Source: Alphaproteobacteria bacterium
GTDB lineage: Bacteria > Pseudomonadota > Alphaproteobacteria > Sphingomonadales > Sphingomonadaceae
DNA: 31,948 bases
Assembly (NCBI GenBank): GCA_020249025.1
Contig: JADCGM010000171.1
Location: forward strand, 1 to 31,948
Direction of reading: 5' to 3'
Shown piece after piece: positions 14,922 through 24,171 of this stretch (position 1 is its first letter; the number at the start of each line of letters is the position of its first letter). Below the pieces are notes generated by a model. It saw only the letters and a program-made list of their open reading frames with translations, ran no database searches and was not told the DNA's origin. The position numbers and the translations under genes are program-made.

Positions 14922-14950
14922 AAAAAACCCGCGGCCGATCGGCGCGCGGG
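14922..14950 (-). terminator. intrinsic terminator upstream of the tail tube gene
   Basis: Minus strand CCCGCG(C)GCC-GATC-GGC-CGCGGG followed by TTTTTT. Confidence 0.7.
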
Positions 14951-14980
14951 GTGTGCTTTGCCGGGTGCGGCAAAGGCGGA

Positions 14981-15382
14981 TCAGGCCTCGTTGTAGGAGA
15001 CCCGAAAATCCTGTGGCTGCATGCAGATGCCCGCGGGCCCGTCGAGATCGGGACCGACGGCCTGCGTGTGAACGACGACGCGAGAGACCCCGGCGACGTT
15101 GCCCGGAGTCTCATTTGCAATGGCTGCCCGGACGAGCTCGATCAGCGCCTTCTGCCGCGGATAGGTGCTCGCCATCACCATCACCTGGACGCGATCTGTC
15201 ACCCGGCGCGATGCGCCGCGCTTGAGCGTGTGGCGATCGACGCCGCTGATCTGGCGCAGCTCGAGCGCGGGCAGAGGAGTACCCTGCGGAACGATGCCCG
15301 CCATGATCTTGTCCTCGGGCACCGCTGCGACAAGCGGCGCATGGGCGACGAGCATGGCCCGGATGATCGCGACGCCGTTCAT
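14981..15382 (-). CDS. tail terminator/completion protein (DUF3168-like)
   Basis: Size, position after the HK97 gp10-like gene, PQGTPLPA and RVQV motifs; GTGA/ATGA-type overlap with the upstream gene. Confidence 0.75.
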   Translation of the reverse strand: MNGVAIIRAMLVAHAPLVAAVPEDKIMAGIVPQGTPLPALELRQISGVDRHTLKRGASRRVTDRVQVMVMASTYPRQKALIELVRAAIANETPGNVAGVSRVVVHTQAVGPDLDGPAGICMQPQDFRVSYNEA

Positions 15383-15873
15383 TCGTCGTCCACCGTCAAC
15401 ACGGGCGCATCGAGGCCGATCTTCGAAAGCCGCAGCGAGATCTGCTCACCCACTGCGCCAACGATCTGCGCGACGTTCTCGTCGAGAGACCGGCGCATGA
15501 AGCCGATGCCCGGGAAGCCGGGATGGAATGGCCCGATGTGCTGCTTCTTGCCGCGCGAGATGTCGGCGCCCCGGGCCACGCTATGGGGCTGCACCCCGAA
15601 TTCGATCCAATGAGCAATATAGGCATGCTCGCCGGTTGCGCGCAGGCGGGCGATCACTTCCGTTTTCACGACGCGGGTCGACACCTTCAGCCCTTTGCGC
15701 AGCTGACCGGTCTCGTTGGCCTGGGAGCCGAGTGTTTCCTGGGCGGCCTTCTTCGCCACGTTCGCACCCGCGCGCATGCCGCTGCGCAGCACGTTCTTCT
15801 GCAGCCTGACGGGCAGGGTGCTCAGGAACCGCTCCAGCTCGGGTCCGCCCTTGAAGCTTTGGGTGGCGCTCAC
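15379..15873 (-). CDS. HK97 gp10-like tail component (164 aa)
   Basis: GTG start at 15873 overlapping the upstream stop; KGGPELERFL, TGQLRKGL, HWIEFGV, PGIGFMRRS motifs. Confidence 0.82.
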   Translation of the reverse strand: MSATQSFKGGPELERFLSTLPVRLQKNVLRSGMRAGANVAKKAAQETLGSQANETGQLRKGLKVSTRVVKTEVIARLRATGEHAYIAHWIEFGVQPHSVARGADISRGKKQHIGPFHPGFPGIGFMRRSLDENVAQIVGAVGEQISLRLSKIGLDAPVLTVDDE

Positions 15874-16238
15874 GCGATGTCTCCCGCCGTCGAGTAGTCT
15901 TCGCAGACGATCTCGATGCCGTCCCGATTGCCGAGCGTGGCAGGGCCGCCGACGATCTGCAGGATGCGCTCCTGCGCGGTTGCCGGATCGGTCCAGATGA
16001 CGCGCATCGTCGAGTTGATGCCGCGCCGGTAGGCAAAGCGGATCCGCACCGGGCGGGCCGCGATCGCGATACCGTCCGCCACCTTCTCCGAGCGCGAGGG
16101 CAGGACGTCCTGCACCTGCGCCCACACCGAGCGGACCGGCACCCAGCCGTCGACCGGCGTGCCGTAGGTCGAATCCTTGCCCGCCACCTTGCGCTCGAAG
16201 CGAACGCGCTGGTCGAGGTCGCCGGCGTTCAGGCGCAT
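15870..16238 (-). CDS. head closure protein (SPP1 gp16-like, 122 aa)
   Basis: MRLNAGDLDQRVRFER...W...VWAQV...IRFAYRRGINSTMRV pattern. Confidence 0.85.
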   Translation of the reverse strand: MRLNAGDLDQRVRFERKVAGKDSTYGTPVDGWVPVRSVWAQVQDVLPSRSEKVADGIAIAARPVRIRFAYRRGINSTMRVIWTDPATAQERILQIVGGPATLGNRDGIEIVCEDYSTAGDIA

Positions 16239-16831
16239 GCGCCCGACACCCACAGCTTGTCCGCGCTGACCAGTTCCTGAAAGCCGAGCGGCAGCTCCGA
16301 AACGATGTTGCCGATGTTCACCGCCTCGCGATTGCGCCACCAGTGGGCGATCAGCAGCTTCATGCCGGTCGCGAGGGAAGGGGCCTCCTCGGCGACCTTC
16401 GCCGCATCCTCGAAGCCGACCTTCGCCTCGATCGACACGGCAATCGCGCTCGTTGCCGTCGTCGGCCATGAAGCGCCGGGCAGCAGCTCGATGAAACCGC
16501 GCATGCCAGTGACCGCGCGGTAAAGGTCAGAGTCGAGCGTCTGTTCGTCGCCGGCGCTGTCGAGATACTTCACTGCCGTGATCTCGTGCACGGGGCCGCG
16601 CAGCAACTCGATCGAGCGCGCTTTGGGGAACGCATCGGCCCGGAACGTCACCTCGCGTCGCATGAGCAGCACGTTGGTCGCATGCTCGACGACGGACTGG
16701 GCGGCCCGGATGAGCGCTGTCAGATCGTCGTCATGCTCGGTCTCGTCGGCCTCGAGCTTCACCCACGACTTGGCGGCCGCAAGGTCGATCGCGAGCGGAG
16801 AGGCAGCGATTGCAGGGGTGAGCCAGATCAT
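16229..16831 (-). CDS. head-tail connector protein (HK97 gp6-like)
   Basis: IDLAAAKSWVKL, LTALIRAAQ, LLIAHWWRNREAV motifs. Confidence 0.88.
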   Translation of the reverse strand: MIWLTPAIAASPLAIDLAAAKSWVKLEADETEHDDDLTALIRAAQSVVEHATNVLLMRREVTFRADAFPKARSIELLRGPVHEITAVKYLDSAGDEQTLDSDLYRAVTGMRGFIELLPGASWPTTATSAIAVSIEAKVGFEDAAKVAEEAPSLATGMKLLIAHWWRNREAVNIGNIVSELPLGFQELVSADKLWVSGACA

Positions 16832-16878
16832 GTGCCTACCGCGCTCTAGTTGAGGAAGATTGAGGTGGGAGCAGGCCG

Positions 16879-17088
16879 CTAAGCGGCATCCGACCCGGTG
16901 CTGGCCTTGGAACTGGACGCACCCTTGCGACCCTTCTGACCGGCAGCTGAGCGCTCAGCATCCGTCGCCCAGTTCTCGGCGAGCGCCACGCGGGCGAGAT
17001 CGCCGGTCACTGTGTCGCCGGGCGCAAAGTCCTTCACGTGAACCTCCCCGTCGGGGACGCCCTTGAATGAGTGCGTTACGATTGCCAT
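16879..17088 (-). CDS. small head-region hypothetical protein (69 aa)
   Basis: RBS GGAGG; FKGVPDGEVH...GDTVTGDLARVALAENWA; position after the capsid accessory gene. Confidence 0.7.
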   Translation of the reverse strand: MAIVTHSFKGVPDGEVHVKDFAPGDTVTGDLARVALAENWATDAERSAAGQKGRKGASSSKASTGSDAA

Positions 17089-17110
17089 CGATGACCTCCT
17101 GCAAGCGAAT

Positions 17111-17135
17111 GGGAGGCCGGGTTTCCCGGCCTCCC
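17111..17135. other. perfect 11 bp stem-loop after the decoration-like gene
   Basis: GGGAGGCCGGG-TTT-CCCGGCCTCCC; no good U-tract. Confidence 0.65.
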
Positions 17136-17144
17136 AAACGACGA

Positions 17145-17555
17145 TTAGGCAGCGCCTTGGAAGTTCGGGTGACCGAGCAGCGCAAGCACGCTGATCAGGG
17201 CAGCCGAGGCATTCCCGGTCGGCGTGATGGTCAGGCGCACATAGCGCTTGTGACCGATGTAGCCGATCTTCCGCGTCTCGTTGTCATCGTCGAACCGGAA
17301 CCCAGCTGCTGCCTCCGTTCCGAGAAGCTCGCTATCGTCGACAGCGGCCGCGTCGGCGAGGTTGGCCTGGTCACCGTCCTCGACCAGCACCGCGAAGGTG
17401 GCGTCGGCATCACCCACCGCGCCGATCCCCAGAACGAAGGTCAGGCTGTCGTAGCCGCGGGTATCGATGATCGCGGAAACAGCCGGCGTGTTGTCCGCGA
17501 CCGATGCCGCGGCGATCGCCGTAAGGACAGCGACATGGCTATAAAGATCGCGCAT
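17145..17555 (-). CDS. capsid decoration/cement-like protein (136 aa)
   Basis: RBS GAGGAG; beta-rich, IDTRGYDS and IGYIGHKRYVRL motifs; directly downstream of the major capsid gene. Confidence 0.72.
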   Translation of the reverse strand: MRDLYSHVAVLTAIAAASVADNTPAVSAIIDTRGYDSLTFVLGIGAVGDADATFAVLVEDGDQANLADAAAVDDSELLGTEAAAGFRFDDDNETRKIGYIGHKRYVRLTITPTGNASAALISVLALLGHPNFQGAA

Positions 17556-17608
17556 TGGCGATTTCTCCTCAGTGTCGATTGAACAGGAAGTCGAGGCTCC
17601 GCGTGAGC

Positions 17609-17634
17609 GGGCGGGCGGCTGTAGCCGCCCGCCC
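17609..17634. other. stem-loop immediately after the major capsid stop
   Basis: GGGCGGGCGGCT/AGCCGCCCGCCC inverted repeat. Confidence 0.65.
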
Positions 17635-17637
17635 GGA

Positions 17638-18987
17638 TCAGGCTGCCATCTTCAGAAGCTTCAGCGCTTCGAAGTTCGTCGCGCCACCACCCACGCGCTT
17701 GCGCATGTGGTACTTCACGAACCCCGGCTGCGTGATGTTGTCACGCACCACGAAGATGCCCAGACGGTCGACGATCGTGTAGGCCTCCGCGAAGTCGCCG
17801 AAAGCGATCGGGAAAGCATTGGCGCCGATCGCCGGCATGTCCTCGCCATCGGTGACAGCGAAGCCGAAGATCGATTCGACAAGCGCACCGTCGCGCAGAC
17901 GAAGGTCGACAAGGTAGTTGCCCTGGCCGTCCTTCAGCTTGCGCACAGCGCCCACCGTGCGGCGCGCCATCAGGAAGTTGGCGTTCTGACGGTACCCGGC
18001 CTTCAGTTCGAAGATCAGGTTGATCAGCGCGTCTGCCGGGTCGTCGGCTGCAAAATCTGCAGCCCCACCGGACTTGACGAACTGGAAGGTGCCCCACGGA
18101 CGGACATCGTCCGCGGTTTCAGCGAAGTCATAGGACAGGAAGCCGCGCGGCTTGTTGACCCCGTCGCCAGAGACGAACGCAGCCGCTTCCTTGCGCGCGA
18201 ACTTCGCGATCGCCTTGTCGCCGACCCAGCTCTCGACGTTGATGCGCGCATCCTCGAGCAGCTTCTGCGTAACCTTGGGATACGCATAGAGCTCGCTCAC
18301 AGGGATCCGCCACATGCCGAGCTGGGCGGCGTCGGTCTGGCCTCGCGCCTGCTGCTCGCCGACCCAGGCCGCATCGACCTCGCCATTGTCGATCGGGCCT
18401 TCCAGGGCATCGCTGCCGATGGAGACGACGGTCGCGAGCTGACGCATCGGGGTGGAGTCGTAGATCTTCTTCACCATGCGCCCGTTCGTATCGGGCGTCA
18501 CGAGGAAGCCGCCGGCCGGATCCGACCCGACGCTGAGGGTAGTCAGCTTCTGCTCGTTCCGGCGCAGGTACCCATCGAGGGCGCCCTTGTACTCGCGCAT
18601 GTTCTCGACACCGAAGTCGGACTTGCCGATGATCTCGCCGAACTCGCGAGCGGCCTTGGCCTCGACGTCACCCGCGCCGCCGCCGAGCGATAGGCGGTTG
18701 GCCTTCGCCTCCATCTCATCGAGCCGCTTCTTCAGCTCGGCCTGGTGGTCGTCGATCGCCTTGTTGAGCTTCTCGACTTCGTCCTTGGTGACGGCGTCCT
18801 CACCCTTCTTCTCGGCCTGCTTGAGGCGTTCGTCGTTCTTGGACTTGAACTCCTCGAAAACCTTGGTGAGGTCGTCGACGGCCTTCTTCACCTCGACGGT
18901 GAGGTCTTCGTCCTTCTTGGTCTCGGGCGCGCGCGCCGCGATGACCGACGCACCCGCGAGGAGCGCGCCACGGCTAATGATCTTCAT
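17638..18987 (-). CDS. major capsid protein, HK97 family
   Basis: N-terminal coiled-coil delta domain, DPAGGFLV, TPMRQLA, PIAFGDF, RKRVGGG motifs. Confidence 0.96.
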   Translation of the reverse strand: MKIISRGALLAGASVIAARAPETKKDEDLTVEVKKAVDDLTKVFEEFKSKNDERLKQAEKKGEDAVTKDEVEKLNKAIDDHQAELKKRLDEMEAKANRLSLGGGAGDVEAKAAREFGEIIGKSDFGVENMREYKGALDGYLRRNEQKLTTLSVGSDPAGGFLVTPDTNGRMVKKIYDSTPMRQLATVVSIGSDALEGPIDNGEVDAAWVGEQQARGQTDAAQLGMWRIPVSELYAYPKVTQKLLEDARINVESWVGDKAIAKFARKEAAAFVSGDGVNKPRGFLSYDFAETADDVRPWGTFQFVKSGGAADFAADDPADALINLIFELKAGYRQNANFLMARRTVGAVRKLKDGQGNYLVDLRLRDGALVESIFGFAVTDGEDMPAIGANAFPIAFGDFAEAYTIVDRLGIFVVRDNITQPGFVKYHMRKRVGGGATNFEALKLLKMAA

Positions 18988-19002
18988 AATGGTAGCTCCG
19001 TT

Positions 19003-19794
19003 CTAGGCGCGGACACTTTCGGTCAGGCGCCGGAGGGACATGAGCATGTCCTTTGCCCCGTCACGGGGATCATGCTCGGACTGTCCACCTCCCTCACGGA
19101 GGTGTTGTTTGACGATCGCAACGGCCTTCACGGCGGTCGCGTTCGACAAGCCTAGGTCCCGCTTCAGCGCCGCTTCCAGCGCGCGCGGGTCGAAGTCACT
19201 CGACTTCACGTTTGCGATCTGCGCCTCGGGCAGCATCGCAAAGGTCACCAGCGAGATCTCCCAGAGGTCGACCTTCTTCAAGCGCCGCGCGCCTGTCGTT
19301 CTGTCGATCTCATAATCCTTGGTGCGATAGCCGATCGACAGACCTTTGACGGCGCCGGCCTGAATCAGGGCGCGCGCATCCTTGGCCTGCTGCAGGTCCA
19401 TCACCAGCTCGCCCGTGACCTTCAGACCCTTTTCGTCTTCGGTGACGTCCGTCCAGACCCCGACCGGAGTGTAGGGATCATGCTGCCAGAGCATTGGCGG
19501 CAGCGCCTTCTTCCTCCGCCACTCGGCAAGGCTGGCCTTGAAGGCACCGGCCTCCACGATATCGCCGCCCCGGTCGAGCAGGCCGAACACGGAGCCGTAG
19601 CCCGTGATCGTGCCTTCCTTCGCCTCGCCGCCTGCGAGCTTCAGCTCGCAGTCGAAGGCGAGTCGCGAGCAGCTGCCGCCGTCCTTGCGCTCTGGCGCCG
19701 TTGCGAGCGGCACGAAGATGCGACCCAGGCGTGCTTCGGCGACAGCAGGCTTCGTCTCCCGCAGCGGGGCGGGAGTGGCCGGGCGTTCCAGCAT
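19003..19794 (-). CDS. prohead maturation protease, HK97 family
   Basis: GYGSVF, DRGGDIV, MLWQHD, GLSIGY, LWEISLVTF motifs. Confidence 0.95.
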   Translation of the reverse strand: MLERPATPAPLRETKPAVAEARLGRIFVPLATAPERKDGGSCSRLAFDCELKLAGGEAKEGTITGYGSVFGLLDRGGDIVEAGAFKASLAEWRRKKALPPMLWQHDPYTPVGVWTDVTEDEKGLKVTGELVMDLQQAKDARALIQAGAVKGLSIGYRTKDYEIDRTTGARRLKKVDLWEISLVTFAMLPEAQIANVKSSDFDPRALEAALKRDLGLSNATAVKAVAIVKQHLREGGGQSEHDPRDGAKDMLMSLRRLTESVRA

Positions 19795-19803
19795 TGGCTT
19801 CTC

Positions 19804-21030
19804 CTAGGAGACGGTGATGTTCGGACGCGGCGGCGGCAGATCACGGCCATCCTGCAGCGCCATGTTGGCTTCGACGATGTACTGCGCGCCGCCTTCGTCG
19901 GTGCGCGGGTTCATGTCTTCGAGGTCGCGCCATTCGTCGGCGTTGATGATGCCGTTGCGGCGCATGATCTGCAGGCCTTCCTGTCGACCTTTGAAGTCGC
20001 CACGCATCAGGGCCTGGAAGTAGAACTTGAAGAACAGCCCGTCGGCCTGCTCCTTGTCGGTCAGCAGGTTTGCTTCCGCGGACTGCTCCAGTCGCGTGCC
20101 CCACGGCATGAGCGTGTGAATGACATGCGCGAGGAACATTTGCTCCGAGCTGGCATAGGTGGCGACCTTGTCCGCGGCCCCGACCATGATCGGCATGACG
20201 CGGAGCGCTCGGCAGTTCTCCTCGATTTGCAGTCGGCGCGTTTCGACATGTTGTGCGTCGACGCCCGACATCTGCTGCGCCATCCACTTGGCCGCGCGAT
20301 CGAGGACCAGCGGGGTGCCAGCATTCGCCGCCGCCGCCGACTTCTTGAGCCAGGAAACGAGCTTTTGGTGGTCTTCCGGTTTGAGCGTGCCCTCAACCGA
20401 ATAGATCCCCGAAGGCTGGATGCCGTTCTGATGCAGGCGCGCGTGAGCTTCCTCGAGCGCAAGGGACAGGCCGATAGCCTCGCGGGCCAGCTTTACCGCC
20501 TCCATGCCCATCCAGCTGTTCCAGGACGGACCGCGGAGGTGCCAGATATCTGAGGCCGGGATGTAACGGAGCGATCCGTCCTCGCCGGTGATCTGATACT
20601 CGAGAGAAAGGTCGTCGCGGCGTTTTACGATCACCTTGCCGGGCTCGATGATGAGCAGCTCATGAACCCGTCCGCCGACTCGGCTGATGAAAACGAAGGC
20701 ATTCCCGACCAGAACGAGATGGAAGAGGAGAGTCTCCCAGAACTCGAATGCGGTCTGATAGAAATTCGGGCGCCGATACAGCAGCCGGAAAAGCGGATGC
20801 TCGGTCGCATCCACCGATCCCCCGCCCGTCTTCGGTTTGCGGAGCCGACACGGCACCTGCGCGATGCCCTCGGCAATTACCCGACAGCAGGCGAGCACAG
20901 TCGTCACCGCCAGCGCCGTGGCGTAATTGACCTGCTGGCCCGATTTCGACGACGGCATCATGAGGAAGTCAGGAAGCGAGGTCAGGGCCTGCGCATCCTT
21001 GCGTCCTAGGAGGCGGTCAAACCAGCTCAT
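19804..21030 (-). CDS. portal protein, HK97 family
   Basis: ACCRVIAEGIAQVP, RPNFYQTAFEFW, GNAF, IWHLRG, INADEWRDLEDM motifs. Confidence 0.96.
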   Translation of the reverse strand: MSWFDRLLGRKDAQALTSLPDFLMMPSSKSGQQVNYATALAVTTVLACCRVIAEGIAQVPCRLRKPKTGGGSVDATEHPLFRLLYRRPNFYQTAFEFWETLLFHLVLVGNAFVFISRVGGRVHELLIIEPGKVIVKRRDDLSLEYQITGEDGSLRYIPASDIWHLRGPSWNSWMGMEAVKLAREAIGLSLALEEAHARLHQNGIQPSGIYSVEGTLKPEDHQKLVSWLKKSAAAANAGTPLVLDRAAKWMAQQMSGVDAQHVETRRLQIEENCRALRVMPIMVGAADKVATYASSEQMFLAHVIHTLMPWGTRLEQSAEANLLTDKEQADGLFFKFYFQALMRGDFKGRQEGLQIMRRNGIINADEWRDLEDMNPRTDEGGAQYIVEANMALQDGRDLPPPRPNITVS

Positions 21031-22787
21031 GCCGACTCCGTTTGCCAGAACGACTCCGAAGAGACCTCGTTTGCGATCGACAAGCCGATCGCCATGACGC
21101 CGGCGACGATGCCGTCGATCTTCTCGGCCGACCGCTTCTTGGCCGGCGCAAAGTTCATGTTCTCGTCAAACCGAACAACCGCGTTGCCGGCCATCCAGCG
21201 CAGGACCGGGTGGCCACCGTGGTCGAGCTGACCCGCGTAGATCAGCCGCTCGAACTGCTTCGTTGGCTCACCCAGCGTCTGGATGCCCTGCCGCATCAGC
21301 ACCAGCTTCTCGGCCTCGACACCCTCGCGCTGCAGGTCGCCGATCAGGCCTGTCGCGTTCCAAGGGTCGTACCCGACGAGCTGCACGTCGAAGTCCGACA
21401 TGCCCTCAAGGATCGCCTTTCGAACGAAGGCCTGGTCGACGTAGTCACCCGGCGTCGTTTCCATCGCACCGGCGGCAACCCACTTGTCGTAGGAAACACG
21501 GTCGTTCTTGACTCGCTCGATCAGCGTCTCTTCCGGCACCCAGAAGCGACAGAGCAGCTGCCAGCTCTTCTCATCGCCGATCGGCTCGAAAGCCCAGACC
21601 AGCGCTGTGACGTCACGGGTCGACGATACGTCGAACGCTCCCAGGCAGCGCCGGCCCAGCAGCTGCTCGCGCCGCGTCTTCCATGCCGTCGGGTCGGGCG
21701 CGCAGGCATCCCACTTCTTGACGTTCAGCCAGCGGACGGCAGCGTCCACCCACTGGTTGAGGTGGTAGCGCCTGAAGTGCGCTTCCGCCCTCGGGTTGTC
21801 CTTCGCAATCGCCGCCTCGCGGCGAAGGAAGGCCAGCGTCGGCGACAGCCCCAACGACGGGTTCGCACGCCGCCAAGCCTCCTCGTCCCGCCAGTCCGCG
21901 TCCGGGTCGGCCGCGAACATGACGACGAGCGTCGTTGCGTCCTCGATCCGGCCGTCGAGGATCGACACGCTTTCATCCCAGAGCGCGACGCCTGTCGGGT
22001 TCGACTTCAGTCCGGCCGTCGAGCCGTAGAGCTCGATCGGCTGCAGGCGCGCACCGGTGCCCTGCCGCAGGGTCGTCTCAACCTCGCGGCTGCGCCACTC
22101 GTGCATCTCGTCGCCGACGATGACGGTCGGCGACTTGCCGTGCTTGCCCGACTCGGCCCCCGTGAGCAGCTCGAAGAGCGCCGCACAGGGCTTCAGATAG
22201 ATCGACCGCGCGTGCGACTGGGTCTCGCTCGCGAGATCCGGCGCGTAGGCGATCATCGCCTTCATCTTGTTGAAGACGACCTTGGCCTGCTTCTCGTCGC
22301 GGGCGAAGACGAAACCCTGTCCGCCGACGACGCCCTCGATCGCCCAGAACAGCAGGCCGAGGGCGGCGAGGAATTCCGACTTGCCGGCCTTGCGCGGCAC
22401 CCAAAGCATCAGCCTCTTGAAGAGGCGGACGTGAACCTCAGTCGGCTCGCCGGTCAGAGGATCGAGAACCTCGATCGGCACCTTCCAGCCGACGAGCAAC
22501 CGGACCGTCAGCGCCTGCCATTCGAGCAGGCGGAAGGGCACGTTTGCAAAGCGGTCTTCCGTCAGTCGGAAGACCTGAGGCCAGAGCTCGACGACCGCGT
22601 CGGCCTTGGCCTCATCGAACCAGGCACCCGGCACAACAGCTGCTCGACGCCAGGCGACCCGCGCCCACTCGTAGGCAGGGTCGCCCGCATGCTTTGCCAG
22701 CCACTCGGGTTCAGCCCAGAGGCCTATGCCGGCCGCCGCCTGGATCGCGATCGCCGACGCCTCGCCGGCCGCGGCGGTCGCGGGCAT
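21027..22787 (-). CDS. terL: terminase large subunit
   Basis: Walker A VPRKAGKS, Walker B IVGDEMH, nuclease GAFDVSS, YDPWNA, KIDGIVA. Confidence 0.96.
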   Translation of the reverse strand: MPATAAAGEASAIAIQAAAGIGLWAEPEWLAKHAGDPAYEWARVAWRRAAVVPGAWFDEAKADAVVELWPQVFRLTEDRFANVPFRLLEWQALTVRLLVGWKVPIEVLDPLTGEPTEVHVRLFKRLMLWVPRKAGKSEFLAALGLLFWAIEGVVGGQGFVFARDEKQAKVVFNKMKAMIAYAPDLASETQSHARSIYLKPCAALFELLTGAESGKHGKSPTVIVGDEMHEWRSREVETTLRQGTGARLQPIELYGSTAGLKSNPTGVALWDESVSILDGRIEDATTLVVMFAADPDADWRDEEAWRRANPSLGLSPTLAFLRREAAIAKDNPRAEAHFRRYHLNQWVDAAVRWLNVKKWDACAPDPTAWKTRREQLLGRRCLGAFDVSSTRDVTALVWAFEPIGDEKSWQLLCRFWVPEETLIERVKNDRVSYDKWVAAGAMETTPGDYVDQAFVRKAILEGMSDFDVQLVGYDPWNATGLIGDLQREGVEAEKLVLMRQGIQTLGEPTKQFERLIYAGQLDHGGHPVLRWMAGNAVVRFDENMNFAPAKKRSAEKIDGIVAGVMAIGLSIANEVSSESFWQTESA

Positions 22788-22788
22788 G

Positions 22789-23418
22789 TCAGTTCGGACG
22801 CGTAGGCGGCGCCGAATCGAACCGTGACATCGCCCCGATCAGGCCGCCCGACGGGGGCGGCACCGGCGTGCCGGCCTCTGCCGAGGGCTTGGTCTGACCG
22901 CTGTCGAAGAGACCCGGGTTCTGCGCCGCTGCGAGCGCCTGGTCCTTGAACAGCGAATACTCATCCGAGGGCGTCAGACCGAACCGCTCGGAGAGCTTCA
23001 TCACCATGTCGAACGCCCGGTCGCGGATGGCGACGATCGGGCGGACGCGCTCCATGTAGCCGCCGGCGACCGTCTTCACCCGCTGGGTGTGGCCCTTCGC
23101 CTGGACGTCCTCGTTGGCGAGCACCCACTCGGCGAAGTACACACAGAAGAGCGCGAACATCGGGCGATGGTGCGGCTGCAGCCGATGCGTCTTTGCAAGC
23201 CGCGGCGCCAGATCCTTCCAGACCGCGATCGCGGGCGCAGCGTTCGCGCCGATGACGCCCGGCACCGCCAGCGGGTCGCCGGCGTCGGGTGCCTGGGCGA
23301 GCAGCTGCGCGACGCGCTCGGCTTCCTCAAGCCTTTTCTGGACGGCGCTCTTGCGCCGACCCGGGTTCCCCTTCGCCGCCTGGAGGCCCGGCGGGTCGGG
23401 CAGTCGACCTCTCGCCAT
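22789..23418 (-). CDS. terS: terminase small subunit, P27 family (209 aa)
   Basis: MARGRLPDPP...KGNPGRR start, RFGLTPSD motif; ATG 23418 with GAGG RBS. Confidence 0.92.
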   Translation of the reverse strand: MARGRLPDPPGLQAAKGNPGRRKSAVQKRLEEAERVAQLLAQAPDAGDPLAVPGVIGANAAPAIAVWKDLAPRLAKTHRLQPHHRPMFALFCVYFAEWVLANEDVQAKGHTQRVKTVAGGYMERVRPIVAIRDRAFDMVMKLSERFGLTPSDEYSLFKDQALAAAQNPGLFDSGQTKPSAEAGTPVPPPSGGLIGAMSRFDSAPPTRPN

Positions 23419-23721
23419 GGCCTCGCTCCCAAAAAAACTTTCCCGTGAATTACGCGCCGAAAAATTGGGTGTTGCAGTGCCGGTCCATTGGCGCGCCGGC
23501 TCAGAGATCCGACCCACCCCCGGCCCGTCAGGTCTGCGCCTGCCTAAGCCGGGCGAGTGGGGTGTGGCCTGCGAGCTTGCCCGGCTTTCACATTACGGGA
23601 CCACGGGTTTGCCCATGTCCGCCCTCTCGTGGTCTCGCTTCGGGGCGAGGGCGGCTTAGGGAGTGTTCGCTCAAACGCCAGCGCGGCCACAGCACTGGCC
23701 AAGGTTGATCCCAACCCGAAC
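23419..23721. other. candidate cos/packaging region
   Basis: About 300 bp with no credible ORF between HNH and terS; minus strand GGGGGTGGGTCGGATCTCT...GACCGG...AATTTTTCGGCGCGTAATT resembles the region upstream of terS in HK97-like cos phages. Cut site cannot be placed. Confidence 0.45.
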
Positions 23722-24057
23722 TCAGGTACGCGCCGCGCGTCGCTCCTCGCGCTGCACCTCGCCGTCATGGCAGGGCTTGCAGCAGCTCTCGAACGGGCCG
23801 GCGAGGAACAGCGTCCAGTTGCCGCGATGCGGCGTCGTATGGTTGACGACGGTCGCGATCGTGACCTCGCCACGCCGATCGCATCGCTCGCAGAACGGCT
23901 GCGCGGTCAGCTGAGCGAGGCGGATCGCCGCCCACGCTTTCGACTTGTACCAGTTGCGCCACGGCTTCTCGCGCCGGCGACGCTCATCATGCTCCTGGTC
24001 GCGATCGCGCTTCGTGCGCTGAGGGCGAAGCCGGAAGGTGCGCGGCGCACTCGGCAT
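23722..24057 (-). CDS. phage HNH endonuclease (HK97 gp74-like terminase cofactor, 111 aa)
   Basis: WYKSKAW, CERC, ATVVNH..PHRG, CKPCHD; located just upstream of terS. Confidence 0.88.
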   Translation of the reverse strand: MPSAPRTFRLRPQRTKRDRDQEHDERRRREKPWRNWYKSKAWAAIRLAQLTAQPFCERCDRRGEVTIATVVNHTTPHRGNWTLFLAGPFESCCKPCHDGEVQREERRAART

Positions 24058-24077
24058 GACGACCTCGACTGGCATCA

Positions 24078-24116
24078 GAAACGAACAACCCCGCCGGACG
24101 GTCTGTCGGGCGGGGT
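24078..24116 (-). terminator. candidate leader terminator of the late operon
   Basis: ACCCCGCC/GGCGGGGT 8 bp stem followed by U-rich TGTTCGTTTC on the minus strand; imperfect U-tract. Confidence 0.4.
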
Positions 24117-24123
24117 CGTTTCG

Positions 24124-24156
24124 ACCATAGCGATGGAATGTTGTGCGGTGTGTCAA
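24124..24156 (-). promoter_or_regulatory. candidate late promoter
   Basis: Perfect TTGACA (24156-24151); TATGGT lies 21 nt downstream; a 17 nt spacer gives only TCGCTA. Confidence 0.4.
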
Positions 24157-24171
24157 ATTCCACGGCAGCCG

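Noticed and set aside
17111-17135. Stem-loops at 17111-17135 and 17609-17634 as terminators
   Set aside because: No U-tract on the coding strand; more likely mRNA-stabilising stems.
21042-22805. 587-aa plus-strand ORF, and similar long ORFs such as 17572-18693, 6841-7764, 29956-31035 and 2012-2698
   Set aside because: Antisense shadows of well-supported genes, expected in high-GC DNA; no motifs or RBS.
14445-23418. Gene transfer agent instead of prophage
   Set aside because: The head-tail cluster is linked to its own replication genes, origin, HNH/cos-type packaging and a 1516-aa TMP, which fits a genuine phage.
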